This document shows, piece by piece, positions 50,611 to 61,613 of a stretch of 64,000 bases of DNA. Made by a program: the position numbers and the translations under genes. Position 1 is the stretch's first letter, and every line of letters begins with the position of its first letter. Origin of the DNA: Phoronis australis (taxonomy: Eukaryota > Animalia > Phoronida); contig NMRA01000722.1 in NCBI GenBank assembly GCA_002633005.1, forward strand, positions 62,001 to 126,000, in the 5' to 3' direction. Below the pieces are notes generated by a model. The model searched no databases. It was given only the letters and a program-made list of their open reading frames with translations, and was not told the DNA's origin.

Positions 50611-51817
50611 GGAGTGAGGAGCAGCCATCACTCATGACTCATCGTCCATAGTCTGAACTGTAATCAGCCCTATGGTTATATGGAGCTAAGATTGTCAAGC
50701 AACTGAAATTCTTTGAGGTTTTCACACGAATATGCTCCTTTTCTATTTCAGGGATCCACACGTTGATGACGCTGGCAGGCGGGAGCTGCTAGTTGGCGCC
50801 ACCAGAGGAGCCATCTGCTTGACCCATCCAGGGTAGAGTGGTGACGTGGAGGGCATGATTATTGCGAGTGTGGTGGAAAGTTTGCAAGCGCTTTCATTTA
50901 AAACGTCACGACAAGATGAATGTACCAACTTCAATCTTCATTTGCTATTCAGGGCATTTCTACTCCAGGCACACTTTTTGGAAGCATCAACGTGATAGTG
51001 ATGCAACCAGAGTATCTGCTGCCGAACCACATAGAGATGAGAGTAAGCACTACCTACGACCGTCTACTTGAGACCATGTCACTGAGGATACCTTACCACA
51101 TACAGATGGCAGTGAGTACTATTAAGAATCTTCAACAGGAAACCAGGTGATTGGGGATGCCCTGCCACTGCCATTGGAAGTGAGCAGCATCATGAGTGAC
51201 GGAAACCTGCCCTGGGTTAGAGACAGATTTTACAAACTCCGGCCAAAATGACACTGGTTGAATTACGTACTTTCTGCTGTTTGCTTTTTACGGTGTCACT
51301 CTTGTTCTGTTGCAATTTTTGTGTTCTGGTAGGTCAGCAGTATAGTTTGTAAAGTTAGTTATAGGTGGCGCTGGCCACATCATTTGTGTTATGACATCAA
51401 TTATTTAGTTTGTAAAGGTAGTTACAGGTGGTGCTGGCCACATCGTGCAAAACTGTATTTGTATTTCTTTTATTCTCAGGCAGTACTGGATTGCACTTAC
51501 ACTTTTTTTTGTGCTATATGCAGCTTTGTAATTATTTCAAACATTTGTTCCAAGTAAGTTGGAATGCAATTGTCTTTGAATGCTTCATTTGAATAACCAT
51601 TGTATTTTGGACTGCACTTATGTCTTTATGTCTTGACTTTTTATTTTGTTCTATGGTCTTGGGTCCACTTGTTGATAGCATGGCCTCGTAACTTTTCAGG
51701 TTTATCCAAGAAATTCCCCAACTTTTCTGGGCATGGGGTCCAAGCTTTTTCGTAAAGTTATTTTTGGCTCCATTTTTGTGCAAATTCAAAACAAGTATCT
51801 ATTATTCTACGCTAAAG

Positions 51818-52006
51818 TACATAATGGTTAACATGGATAACTGTCAAATCCTAGTTTGCACTTGATGACCCCAGCATCAGGCAAAACTTTCAGCCTGGAC
51901 TCGAAATTTCGTGTTGTATTGAAATCTAGTTTTTACCCAAGTTTGTAGCTCAAATCTAGAGGTCATCAAGTGTGAACTTGGATTGGAAAGTAGAAACCAT
52001 AATGCA
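51818..52006. repeat. Imperfect inverted repeat, possible small MITE
   Basis: AATCCTAGTTTGCACTTGATGACC pairs with GGTCATCAAGTGTGAACTTGGATT. Confidence 0.55.
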
Positions 52007-52206
52007 CAAGAGCACACACCAATCTTTCATCTCAAGTTCACACAAAAGTGGAACAGAAATTACCAAAAATAATTTCGACATTCGGTTTCAAGTACAAAGA
52101 TTAGATCCTGAACTCGGTTTTACATGGAATGCTGTATAGTATTTACTTACCTGTGTATATCAAAATCATCTATTTTCAGTTGACGTAAGATGCGTAACTA
52201 ACTTAA

Positions 52207-53093
52207 AAGGGGAAGGCAACCATTTTTCATGTCATTTTTGGCAAAAGTAAGGTTCATTGATTATCCCAGATATATTTTTCACTTAATTACAGCTTATTGC
52301 AATTTAATTAATAATTCGTCCTCTACTCCGGAAGTGATGTTTTGGGAGGCAAGAATTTTGCGCCAATTTCTTTTCATATAGTCTGACTGTGAGAGCTGTC
52401 GACTCAGTCATTGTTCTGCCTCGGTTGTGATAAGTTCGGTCGTTGTTTGCTTTTGTTTACGAGTCAGTCAACATGCCACACTGTTGCTACGTACCGGGAT
52501 GCACTCATTATCACCCTGAGCTTGTAAGCAGCCCTGCTGCGATGTTGAGTAGCGGGAGTGAATACAGGCATAGTTGGACACCGAGTGAAGAGAACAATTC
52601 ATCGTCCAATGAACAGATTGGTGAGTCAAACATTGATATGTTTGTTGTGGACTTGTCTAAAGTATTGGAGCTATTTAAAAGGTGCCAGGTGTGTGGCGAG
52701 GGAGTCAGACGCGGGATGTAAGCAGTTTGTGTGCTCAGGTATCATCCAGTGGGAGCAAGTGGAGTAATTGTTCCTCTGTCTATGAGACGATAATGAGTAC
52801 ATCCCGGCACGTAGCAACAGTGTGGCGTGTTGACTGACTCGTAAACAAAAGCAAATGACGACCGAACTTATCACAACCGAGGTAGAGCGATGACTGACTT
52901 GGCAGCTCTCACAGTCGGTCTATATGAAAAGAAATTGGCGCGAAATTCTTGCCTCCCAAAACGTCAGTTCCGGAGTAGCAGACGAGTAATTGTTTAAATT
53001 ACAAAAAGCTGTAATTAAGTGAAAAATATGTCTGGGATAATCAACGAATCTTCTTTTTGCTAAAAATGACATGCAAAAAGGTTGCCGTTGCCT
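52207..53093 (+). mobile_element. Kolobok-like non-autonomous element with ~300-bp TIRs and a THAP/CxxC remnant ORF (52473-52721)
   Basis: TTAA at 52203-06 and 53094-97; AGG...CCT termini; MPHCCYVPGCTH and FVVDLSKVLELFKRCQVCG. Confidence 0.8.
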
Positions 53094-53958
53094 TTAATAA
53101 ATGTTATACTGATCGCCTGTAGTTTTCACCCACATCAGAATTGGGATTGAAAAATCATGACATTCTAGTCTGATACCACCTCATTGCTGGCATAGTTTCG
53201 AGAGCCTCATTCAGTGCTGCCTAAGTTTTGGCTTGATTTCAATCTTAGTCAAATCTTGTTACAACAAACTTTGTTTAGAATGATAACTGCACGATTCCAT
53301 AGTATGTGTGTTCCGAATTACATTTACAACAAAAAATTAAAAAGACAATATTTGATGTCAGGTGTAGTGAAAACTGAAATAAAGTTTACAACAGCAATAT
53401 AATTGTACATTTTAAAACTACTTGAACAGATTTTTATGCTTGATGTATTTGGCTACCCAGATCAGGGCCTGGAATGACCAATGACAATAAAGAGGAACAT
53501 CTTCCAGGTGATTATCATTCCGCAAATAAATAGGTTTGTGTGATAGAAATACTTTTGTGTTGAATAATGTAACTACAAGAAGCGTTTTTGCATGAATAAA
53601 GTCAAAATAATGATAAAATAGAGGAAACCGGAAATCAAATGGGAGGAAATTGAAACCAAAAAGAGGAAAATTCCAAGCCCTGAAAGATAGTCCCAGCAAT
53701 ACTTAATACATAGGAAAACATGATTTAATCATTCAAACATAAGCTTGGAAAATGATTAGTGAAGCCTTTTCACCCCATAGTGATGTCAGTGTGGGAAACA
53801 AAACGAAGAGCCGTTATGTTGAACAGAGGTCTGAGTAGAACACCATATAAGGATTTTCATGGTGGCGAAGACGAGTTAAGTCAATAAGACTGACTGCTGA
53901 TTACATTTGGCAATTTACAACTTTAGTGTCCTCAAACTGATGAGCTCAACACACATTG

Positions 53959-54043
53959 TAGCAACCAATACGCATCATCGTAGCAACCAATACGCAGCAT
54001 TATCGTAGCAACCAATACGCATCATCATAGCAACCAATACGCA
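53959..54043. repeat. ~22-bp tandem repeat x4 (TAGCAACCAATACGCATCATCG)
   Basis: Directly visible. Confidence 0.85.
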
Positions 54044-54194
54044 TGATGCACTGTTTCAAGGTAGAGGTTAAAGATGCATCTGACTCAAAATTGCAGTTTT
54101 TATATGCAACCACATATTTTCGCCTCAATGACGTTGGTGTACCAGACAAAATAAGACCAAGGTAACATGGTCTGTAAAACTCGATTCAGCTTAA

Positions 54195-55016
54195 AGGCGA
54201 AATCAACATTTTTTCATGTCATTTTTAGCAAAAATAAGATTGATTATCCTAGAAATATTTCTCAGTTAATTACAGGTTTTTGTAATTTAAACATTTACTA
54301 CTCTGGATGTGACGTTTTGGGAGGCAAGAATTTCGCACCAATTTCTTTTCATATAGTCTGACTGTGAGAGCTGTCGACTCAGTCATTGTTCTACCTCGGT
54401 TGTGATAAGTTTGGTCATCGTCTGCTTTTGTTTACGAGTCAGTCAACATGCTACACTATTGCTGTGTACCGGGATGTACTCATTATTGTCTCACGGACAG
54501 AAGAATAACTGTCCCACTTGCCTGAGTCTCACGCAACACACTCCCATTGGATAGTGACCCGAGCACACAAATTGCTTAGATCCTGCCGTGCGACTCCTTA
54601 GCCACACATCTGGCACCTTCAAAATAGCTCCAATATTTTAGACAAGCCCACAGTAAACTTATCAAAGATTGGATCACCGATCTGTTCATTGAACGACAAA
54701 GTGTCCTCTTCACTGTCTGTTGAACTGGACCTGTAATCACTCCCACTACTCAACATCGCAGCAGGGCTAGTTACAGGCTCTGAGCGATAATGAGTACATC
54801 CCGGTACGCAGCAGGTAGAACAAGGGCTGACTCGACAGCTCTCACCGTCAGACTATATGAAAAGAAATTGGCGCCAAACTCTTGCCTCCCAAAACGTCAC
54901 TTCTGGAGTAGAGAACAAATAATTAAATGACGAAAAGCTGTAATTAAGTGAAAAATATGTCTGGAATAATCAACGAACCTTAGTTTTGTTTAATATTACA
55001 TGGAAAAAGGTTGCCT
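54195..55016 (-). mobile_element. Second, inverted copy of the Kolobok-like element
   Basis: TTAA|AGGCGAAATCAAC start; interior is the reverse complement of ~52510-52790. Confidence 0.8.
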
Positions 55017-55239
55017 TTGATACTGTGAATCATTGTACTTTGTCCAATGTAACTATATATGCGAAAATGCACTTGCAGCCAAAATTAGGCAAAAGTAGCA
55101 ATGTGCAAAACTGAAGAAGCTTGAATTATTTATTACAAAACGGTAGATGTTGGAATGCTTTCAATTTAACATTGCGGTATTTGAATGAAGAGTTCAAACA
55201 TTGGACAAAAGACACAAAAAATGATTTGAAAGCATACAA

Positions 55240-55466
55240 GTGATGACCACATGTGCTACATGTGAAGTGATGACCACCTGTGCTTCATGTGAAGTGATGA
55301 CCACCTGTGCTACATGTGAAGTGATGATCACCTGTGCTTCATGTGAAGTGATGACCACCTGTGCTACATGTGAAGTGATGACCACATGTGCTTCATGTGA
55401 AGTGATGACTACATGTGCTACATGTGAAGTGATGACTACATGTGCTACATGTGAAGTGATGACCAC
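55240..55466. repeat. 27-bp minisatellite, ~8.5 copies (GTGATGACCACATGTGCTACATGTGAA)
   Basis: Directly visible; explains the periodic ORFs on both strands. Confidence 0.95.
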
Positions 55467-55928
55467 AGATTAACAATAATATAACGACAAAAGACCGTTG
55501 TTATTTCACATTATAGTAGGCCTACATAAGAGTTTGGCCAACAATTTATAATGAAGATAGTAAGCACTGTACAGCAAAAGTGAATATTTACATCTAACTA
55601 CAATTAATTTAGCATCGCCCTGCAGTAAAACTAGACACAGAATCCAAGAACATTGATGTGCACAAAAAGCCTTGAAATTTACATTCCACATCAACAGTTA
55701 ATTTTCATTTTACCAAAAACGCACAAAGCTGGACATTTATAAGAGGGATGTTTTTTTAATTCTGACACAGTTACGCTGTGCAGTTGTTCTAGTTTGTGCA
55801 CTGGGCCCTTCAAATAAGTCAGAGTTTACATTACTTGAGCAAAGTATCTCAGTGCTATTAATATCTCACTCCAATTTGTGCCAAGGTGAGTTTTACGGTA
55901 TGTCGCAACTGAATGTCACAAGCTCACT

Positions 55929-57599
55929 TCATTGAACAATTCTTACTGTGGGCGTCGTACCCGTAAGTTTTCCTGATGTTTTTCGTCCAGGAAAAAGCTC
56001 AGGTTGCCTTTGGTACCGACTCGCTGTAGCATGACCAATAGTCTGCTTTGTAACTGGATGATGCCGCTCCACTAGAACAGAGCTCATAGGTGGATTAAGC
56101 CCCATGGGAACACTGACCCCTTTTGACAACTGACTAGATCTTGGGGCATCTGAGCTTGCCGTGACTTTAGCTGTCAATACCCGAGGTTTACCAGCTCCAC
56201 TGACGCTCTTTGTTTTATAACTAGTAGCTGTGCTATCGGACAAAATGGAAGTCTGTTTTGACCCAACACTGATGCTAGTGACAATTCGAGGTGCTGGTGG
56301 GTGAGCAGTGTCTACAGAATACACTGGCTCTACAGGAATCACTTGGTGACTATCTTCATGATCACCTGAACGTGGTGTTGGGGATAATCGGCCACCATGA
56401 TCTTCACCCTCATGAAACATGTTCATGGCCTCAAGATTGAGCGCACATACACCTCTCATAAACGCCTTCTTCATAGTTTCTTCATAAGCTTCACGTTCAC
56501 GATGAAGTCGATTCACTTCTTCTCTAGCAGCAGTCAACGCGTCTTCGAGTGAAGAAACTCGTGCCTCGTAGTCATTAGTTAGGGAAATGCATACTTCCTG
56601 GGCTTTTGCTTGACAGGCCTTTTCCACTCTGCTTTTCCACTTGGCCTCAATTATAGAATGCCAAGAGTCCCAAACCTTCTGAATTAACTGCTTTCGATAA
56701 TGTTTCAAAGCCAACCGACTTGAAAACTCTTGTCGCTCATGATCGATGTGCTTAGTCTTCCAATCACTGAAAGCTTTGGTCATATCTAACTTTTCTCTCT
56801 GTTGTTGTAATCCTCGGGTGAGGTTACTAATCACTTGATCTTTACGCTCTATGGACTGTTCATATGTATGTAAGAGCTCTTTCAGTCCCTCAATCTCATT
56901 CTGAAGACGATTCTCCTCTGCTGAATGACGACTCCTTTCCTTCTGCAGTTGAAGTTTACCTTGCTCAATGACCTTTATTTTAGCCTTGCTCAATTCAGCA
57001 AGCAAGTTCCTTTTCAGATCCCCAGACCACACATCAATGATATGCTCAACACGTGCAATGTCAGGGTCTACACTTGGCGAGTAAGCTGCTTCACTCACGT
57101 TGATACTTGATTGCTCGCTCTCTGGGCTTTGAACTAAGTCTGCGAGGAAGTTGTGTTGTTCAGGGTTCCTTGGACTGCCCATTGGGACAGGAAGGTGACT
57201 TTGATTATCTCCATTCTCCTCCTCTAATTGTCCTTGGCTTCGTTCCCCAGCATTTAAAAGACGTTTTCCTGCACGACTGTCCGTCCTCGACTGAGCTAGT
57301 TGATTTTCAACAGACTTTTCATCACTTGAATGTTCATCATCTTCTTCTTCTTCTTCCTCTAATGGCTGGTATCGCTGCTGTAGAGTTGACTGGTGTTTTG
57401 GCACGTGTTGCGGAAATGACCCCTTTGTGTCATTCAATGTCTTGCCAATAGAACTTGGGTCGTATTTGGGAACAACGACAGCGTACTTAAGTAATTCTTC
57501 GTATTCATTTTGAAGAGTAGATGACACTGAACTTCCAGGCGAGTCTGGCGGAATCAGTGGAATACTGGTGCCAGTTATATCGGCTGATGCCGCAGACAT
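55929..57599 (-). CDS. POC5: Centrosomal/centriolar protein POC5, single-exon CDS, 556 aa
   Basis: Uninterrupted ORF; SSVSSTLQNEYEELLKYAVVVP N-terminal motif, coiled coil, Sfi1-like W repeats (AFSDWK, KVWDSWHS), MKKAFMRGVCALNLEAM and VLVERHHP. Confidence 0.95.
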   Translation of the reverse strand: MSAASADITGTSIPLIPPDSPGSSVSSTLQNEYEELLKYAVVVPKYDPSSIGKTLNDTKGSFPQHVPKHQSTLQQRYQPLEEEEEEDDEHSSDEKSVENQLAQSRTDSRAGKRLLNAGERSQGQLEEENGDNQSHLPVPMGSPRNPEQHNFLADLVQSPESEQSSINVSEAAYSPSVDPDIARVEHIIDVWSGDLKRNLLAELSKAKIKVIEQGKLQLQKERSRHSAEENRLQNEIEGLKELLHTYEQSIERKDQVISNLTRGLQQQREKLDMTKAFSDWKTKHIDHERQEFSSRLALKHYRKQLIQKVWDSWHSIIEAKWKSRVEKACQAKAQEVCISLTNDYEARVSSLEDALTAAREEVNRLHREREAYEETMKKAFMRGVCALNLEAMNMFHEGEDHGGRLSPTPRSGDHEDSHQVIPVEPVYSVDTAHPPAPRIVTSISVGSKQTSILSDSTATSYKTKSVSGAGKPRVLTAKVTASSDAPRSSQLSKGVSVPMGLNPPMSSVLVERHHPVTKQTIGHATASRYQRQPELFPGRKTSGKLTGTTPTVRIVQ

Positions 57600-57798
57600 T
57601 TTACAATTTCTGTCAGAATATACAAAATAATGTCAATAACTTACGGAATCTACCACCCTAAATGGGTTTGAATTTACAAACTTCCGGTTACTGAAAGCTG
57701 GCCAATAGCACACGTCCTTTCTTAAAAATATATCTTACAGTACCTATTATTGGTTAAGGGTTGCCAACAGGAGTGCTGGCCTATTTCCGGACATCCCC
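57600..57798. promoter_or_regulatory. Compact bidirectional promoter of POC5 and ALDH8A1
   Basis: 199 bp between divergent ATGs; ETS ACTTCCGG 57680 and TTTCCGG 57784; CCAAT 57702; ATTGG 57749; CHR-like TTTGAA 57667; RFX half-site GTTGCC 57760. Confidence 0.65.
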
Positions 57799-57989
57799 AT
57801 GCAAACCCCAAAGAAAACTAGAGTGATGGAGGTTGTTGTTGAGAATTTTATAAATGGTTCTTTTGTGTCTTGCCCAAATGTCTTATATAGTGAAGATCCG
57901 TCAGTAGGAGAGCCATGGGCAACTATTCCTGACAGTGGTAAAACCGAAGTTGATGTGGCTGTGCGTGCTGCTAAAGAAGCTTTCTGCAG
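57799..57989 (+). CDS. ALDH8A1: ALDH8A1 exon 1 (alternative start ATG at 57826)
   Basis: ...VENFINGSFVSC...DPSVGEPWATIPDSGKTEVDVAVRAAKEAF; donor gtgcgt. Confidence 0.9.
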
Positions 57990-58114
57990 GTGCGTTACGC
58001 CGTTAGCCCTGGGGCCTGGGCTGGTGCAAAGCCAAAGGCGAAGTTGTATACTACTATTATACTAGTAAATATTTGTGTTTTGACGATAGTGTTCATACAA
58101 CAACCTTGCTGCCT

Positions 58115-58709
58115 CTAGGAGACGATAATGGCGCTTCATACGCCGGAAGCTTTTCGGCGAATTATGCCTCACACTGGTCAAAACATCGAAGTCACATTGT
58201 TATAACTAAGTCTTAGTCTAAGTACCGTACCTTATGCATACAGTATAGGCGCTTTATATGACCGAAGTTTTTCGATGCCTCACACTGATTAAACATCAAG
58301 GTCACATTGTTATAAGTACATTTTACATATATGTGGACACCTAAGGAGGTCATCGATGTCTTTAATTCCTTGCATCTCGAACAAATACTCCTGTAATTAA
58401 ACCTTTTTTGGAGTCCTTAATTCAGTTGCCCCAATCGGCAGCTGGTCATTTTCAACACTACGCGCACCAGGAGGTATGACGACATATCTCCCGGTTTGCG
58501 CAATGTTAAAAATGGCCAGTTGCTGATTTGGGCAACTGAACAAAGGATTGATAAAAAATGATTACAGAAGTATTTTTGAGGTGGAAGGAATTAAAAACAT
58601 CGACTGCCTCCTAAGGTATCCCTGTATGCATAAGGTACGGTACTTAGACTAAGATTTAGTTAAGTTATAACAATGTGACTTCGATGTTTTGACCAGTGTG
58701 AGGCATAAT
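58115..58709. mobile_element. Foldback (fully palindromic) element in ALDH8A1 intron 1, cut by gap n at 58710
   Basis: 58161-58243 is a near-perfect reverse complement of 58622-58709; inner palindrome 58335-58621 centred near 58480. Confidence 0.8.
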
Positions 58710-60199
58710 NCTTTCATCTTAAGGTGTCCCATTTCAGACGGGACCCTCTCTCGGTGGAGCAGTTCGGGGAAATATCACTTTGTCCCTCTATACACGTAAA
58801 TCCGACATTGCCAAGTGTTCACGAGGCAAGTTGAGATTCCAAATTCATCAAAGAACCAAAAACATTTGTGCACAGCACAGCAGTGTCAAGACATTCGACC
58901 CAAATAACCAAAAAATGTGAAAAAATACAATACAATTGACCACCATCAAAAGAGTGGAATTTTGAAGAATGTGAAACCACTATTGTGAATTACACAAAAG
59001 GACTGTTTCCAGTGGTTAGTTATAGAATAATGTTATTGTTTCCCATAGTATCTCAAAAATAGTATCTCTTTTGAAGATAGTTACTATGAGTTGTTTTTAA
59101 GGAATTCCCACATGTAGAAAACACTGCTGTCTAAGCTACTATTTGTGAAGACCGTGTACATTTCGAAAGGGGGTACTTAAAGAACTTACAATCATAAACA
59201 AAGATTTCATCATTCTTTTTGTAAGTGGAGTTTACCTCGTAAACCATTATAGGTACCTCTGAAATGAGCAAAAATACAACTTAATACGAATGCCCCATCT
59301 CCCATGTTCCCGGTTACCCGTGTTAAAAATATGCGAGCATGACTGTGGAAATTGCTTATAACATTCTGTTTTGATAAACAAATTTGTTGATTTCTGATTT
59401 ACTTGTTTGTGTGTCTACGAAAATCGTTAGAGTCATGGATGATCTTTGACAATTAGAAGCCAATCTTGTAAAAATTGGTGATGTTTCATTGAATTTAGTT
59501 GCAGCCTGAAGTTGGAAAAACTCTATAATCCGATCCCCAAATAGTAAAGTACACTTAGACAATTTTTACCTATTTGAAGATATTGATGAAATTTGGAATC
59601 ACAAACCGTTGATCGAAAAAAGTTTTAAAAGTCTTAAAGTAAATAAAATTAAACTCATTGCATTGGAAAGGTTGCCTTTGCACTTCCTTGGTGTTTTAGT
59701 TTCCACAGGTTTTGCGCAATGAATTTTTGTTCTTCAAAACTGAATTTTTTGCTTGCCCTGATTCCCGTGCATGTCATGACTGCCGCACTCAAGTTAAAAA
59801 TAAGATATAGCCATGCAGTAGGCCCACACAGAATCTCAGTGATCCATGGGAACTGAAATCCAGGCATTGAAGTGAGTTCTAGTTCTTTGGGGCACACTCT
59901 GTATCATTGTCCCCACAAACCAGAAACTGGACTGCCAGTCGCGTTTCAACAAGGAATTTTGAAACCTCCCCAAAAGCACTATATTCCAGGGCCCTCACCT
60001 TTTCAAAAACCTCTTTCAAAGAATGACCACATTAAAATAAAGTTTTCCCGAAACTGGATCACAATAAAGTGAATCTTGACCTTAGAGCCAGCACAGATGG
60101 ATATGTACGAGATAAGCTGCCTGTCTCAAGTGAGTGAACCATAGCTGAGCTGACCAGCAACGGGAATTTCGTATTTTGACCCAGTTAGATCTCAGCTAC

Positions 60200-60327
60200 C
60201 AGGGGCGAATCCAGGATTTTGAGTTAGAGGGGGGACAGGGCAGAGTATTAACATGTACTGCCAAATGGAATCTGGGAGAAATTTAAGGGGGCATGGCCTC
60301 CTTGGCCCCCCCTTAAATCCGCCACTG
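60200..60327. mobile_element. Small CAGGGGCG...CGCCACTG MITE
   Basis: Short TIR CAGGGGCGAAT / ATCCGCCACTG; related remnant at ~10370-10439. Confidence 0.55.
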
Positions 60328-60698
60328 GGTATAGTTACTTGAGGCAGCTCCTCGCTACCCATCAGTGCATTGGTCCTAGGCCCATAGCCATAGTTACTCT
60401 CCATTTTAGTTCACTGTTACTCAACTCTTGATGGCTGCATCCCAAGGATTGCCCTCCATCTGGGGCGGACATGGGAGATCCGGTACAAATATGATGCATC
60501 AGAAGCACGGGGTGCGGAGGTTGGGGGCAGAGGTGATGCGATACGGAGGAGGGTAGTTTGGCGAAGCCTCGATGGTTTGTGCCCCCCCCCCAATAATTTT
60601 TGTCTTCCTAGGGGCCTGATATTGCGAATTATTTTTTTGGATATGACAGGTTGAGAAGCTACGGATTGCTCATATTTCTACTAGGTTGTCTCTTTTAG

Positions 60699-60899
60699 GT
60701 GGTCTGCAGTGCCCCCTGAGGAAAGATCCAAGATTATGAACAAGATAGCTGATATTTTAGAATCTCGATTAGAAGAATTTGCTGTTGCTGAATCCCGAGA
60801 TCAAGGCAAACCAATCTCCTTGGCTAAGGCTGTTGACATCCCGCGGGCTGTGTACAACTTCAGATTTTTTGCGTCTTATATAAAGCATGACTTGAATGA
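60699..60899 (+). CDS. ALDH8A1: ALDH8A1 exon 2
   Basis: WSAVPPEERSKIMNKIAD...ESRDQGK...DIPRAVYNFRFFAS; cttttag acceptor, gtaagt donor. Confidence 0.95.
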
Positions 60900-61401
60900 G
60901 TAAGTTTAATTTGTTATCTAATGATTTTATCTTGGAGAAAACGAGGTGTGAAAATTTGATACAAACTGAAAAGGAACACTGTCACTGTGCTTATAGATTG
61001 TTTTGAGACTTTACGATTATAAACTAGATATTCAATAGGCAATGATTTGACAAAATGGTCGTCTTTTGATTTTCTGAGGAGAACGAGACTGTCAGAGAGT
61101 TGCAGGAGGGTTTTCTTATGATGAAGTCCCAAGTTAATACTCTTTAAATATACACTGATACTGTTGCATTGTTATTCACTCAAAAAAATGCAGCCTTTCT
61201 GATACTGTTGATGGATCAGGCACATACAAGGTGAAACATCCTCTTATCTGCCATTTTCTGTCTGCCGTCGTGTGTCATACATATTTGGAAAGTTTTGAGG
61301 TCAGATGACATTTTCAGCTGTCTTCTGTATTTCTGATCATGTTAATGGTGGCATTATTATGTTGATCTACGTATCATGTTAATGATGTCTCCGTTGTGTA
61401 G

Positions 61402-61613
61402 GTCTACATATCAAGAACAGTTCAGATGTCTTAACTACTCTCAGAAGATGCCGATGGGTGTGGCCGGCCTTATCGCTCCTTGGAATCTTCCAATGTACTT
61501 ACTCACCTTCAAGATCGCTCCTGCTATTGCCTCTGGCTGCACTGTTGTGTGCAAGCCGAGTGAGATGACCTCAGTCACCGCTTGGATGCTGTGCAGTGTT
61601 TTAAACGAAGCAG
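61402..61613 (+). CDS. ALDH8A1: ALDH8A1 exon 3
   Basis: PMGVAGLIAPWNLPMYLLTFKIAPA...KPSEMTSVTAWML; donor gtattg. Confidence 0.95.

Noticed and set aside
55194-55473. Periodic CxxC-rich (metallothionein-like) and VITSH ORFs
   Set aside because: Both strands of a 27-bp tandem repeat; no independent gene structure
56925-57451. Plus-strand ORFs overlapping POC5 (likewise the antisense ORFs at 44878-45111 and 61441-61689)
   Set aside because: Antisense shadows of real coding exons
57610-57644. 35-nt GTAAGT...CAG mini-intron in the POC5 5' UTR
   Set aside because: Probably too short for typical metazoan splicing; farther donors are more plausible; needs RNA data
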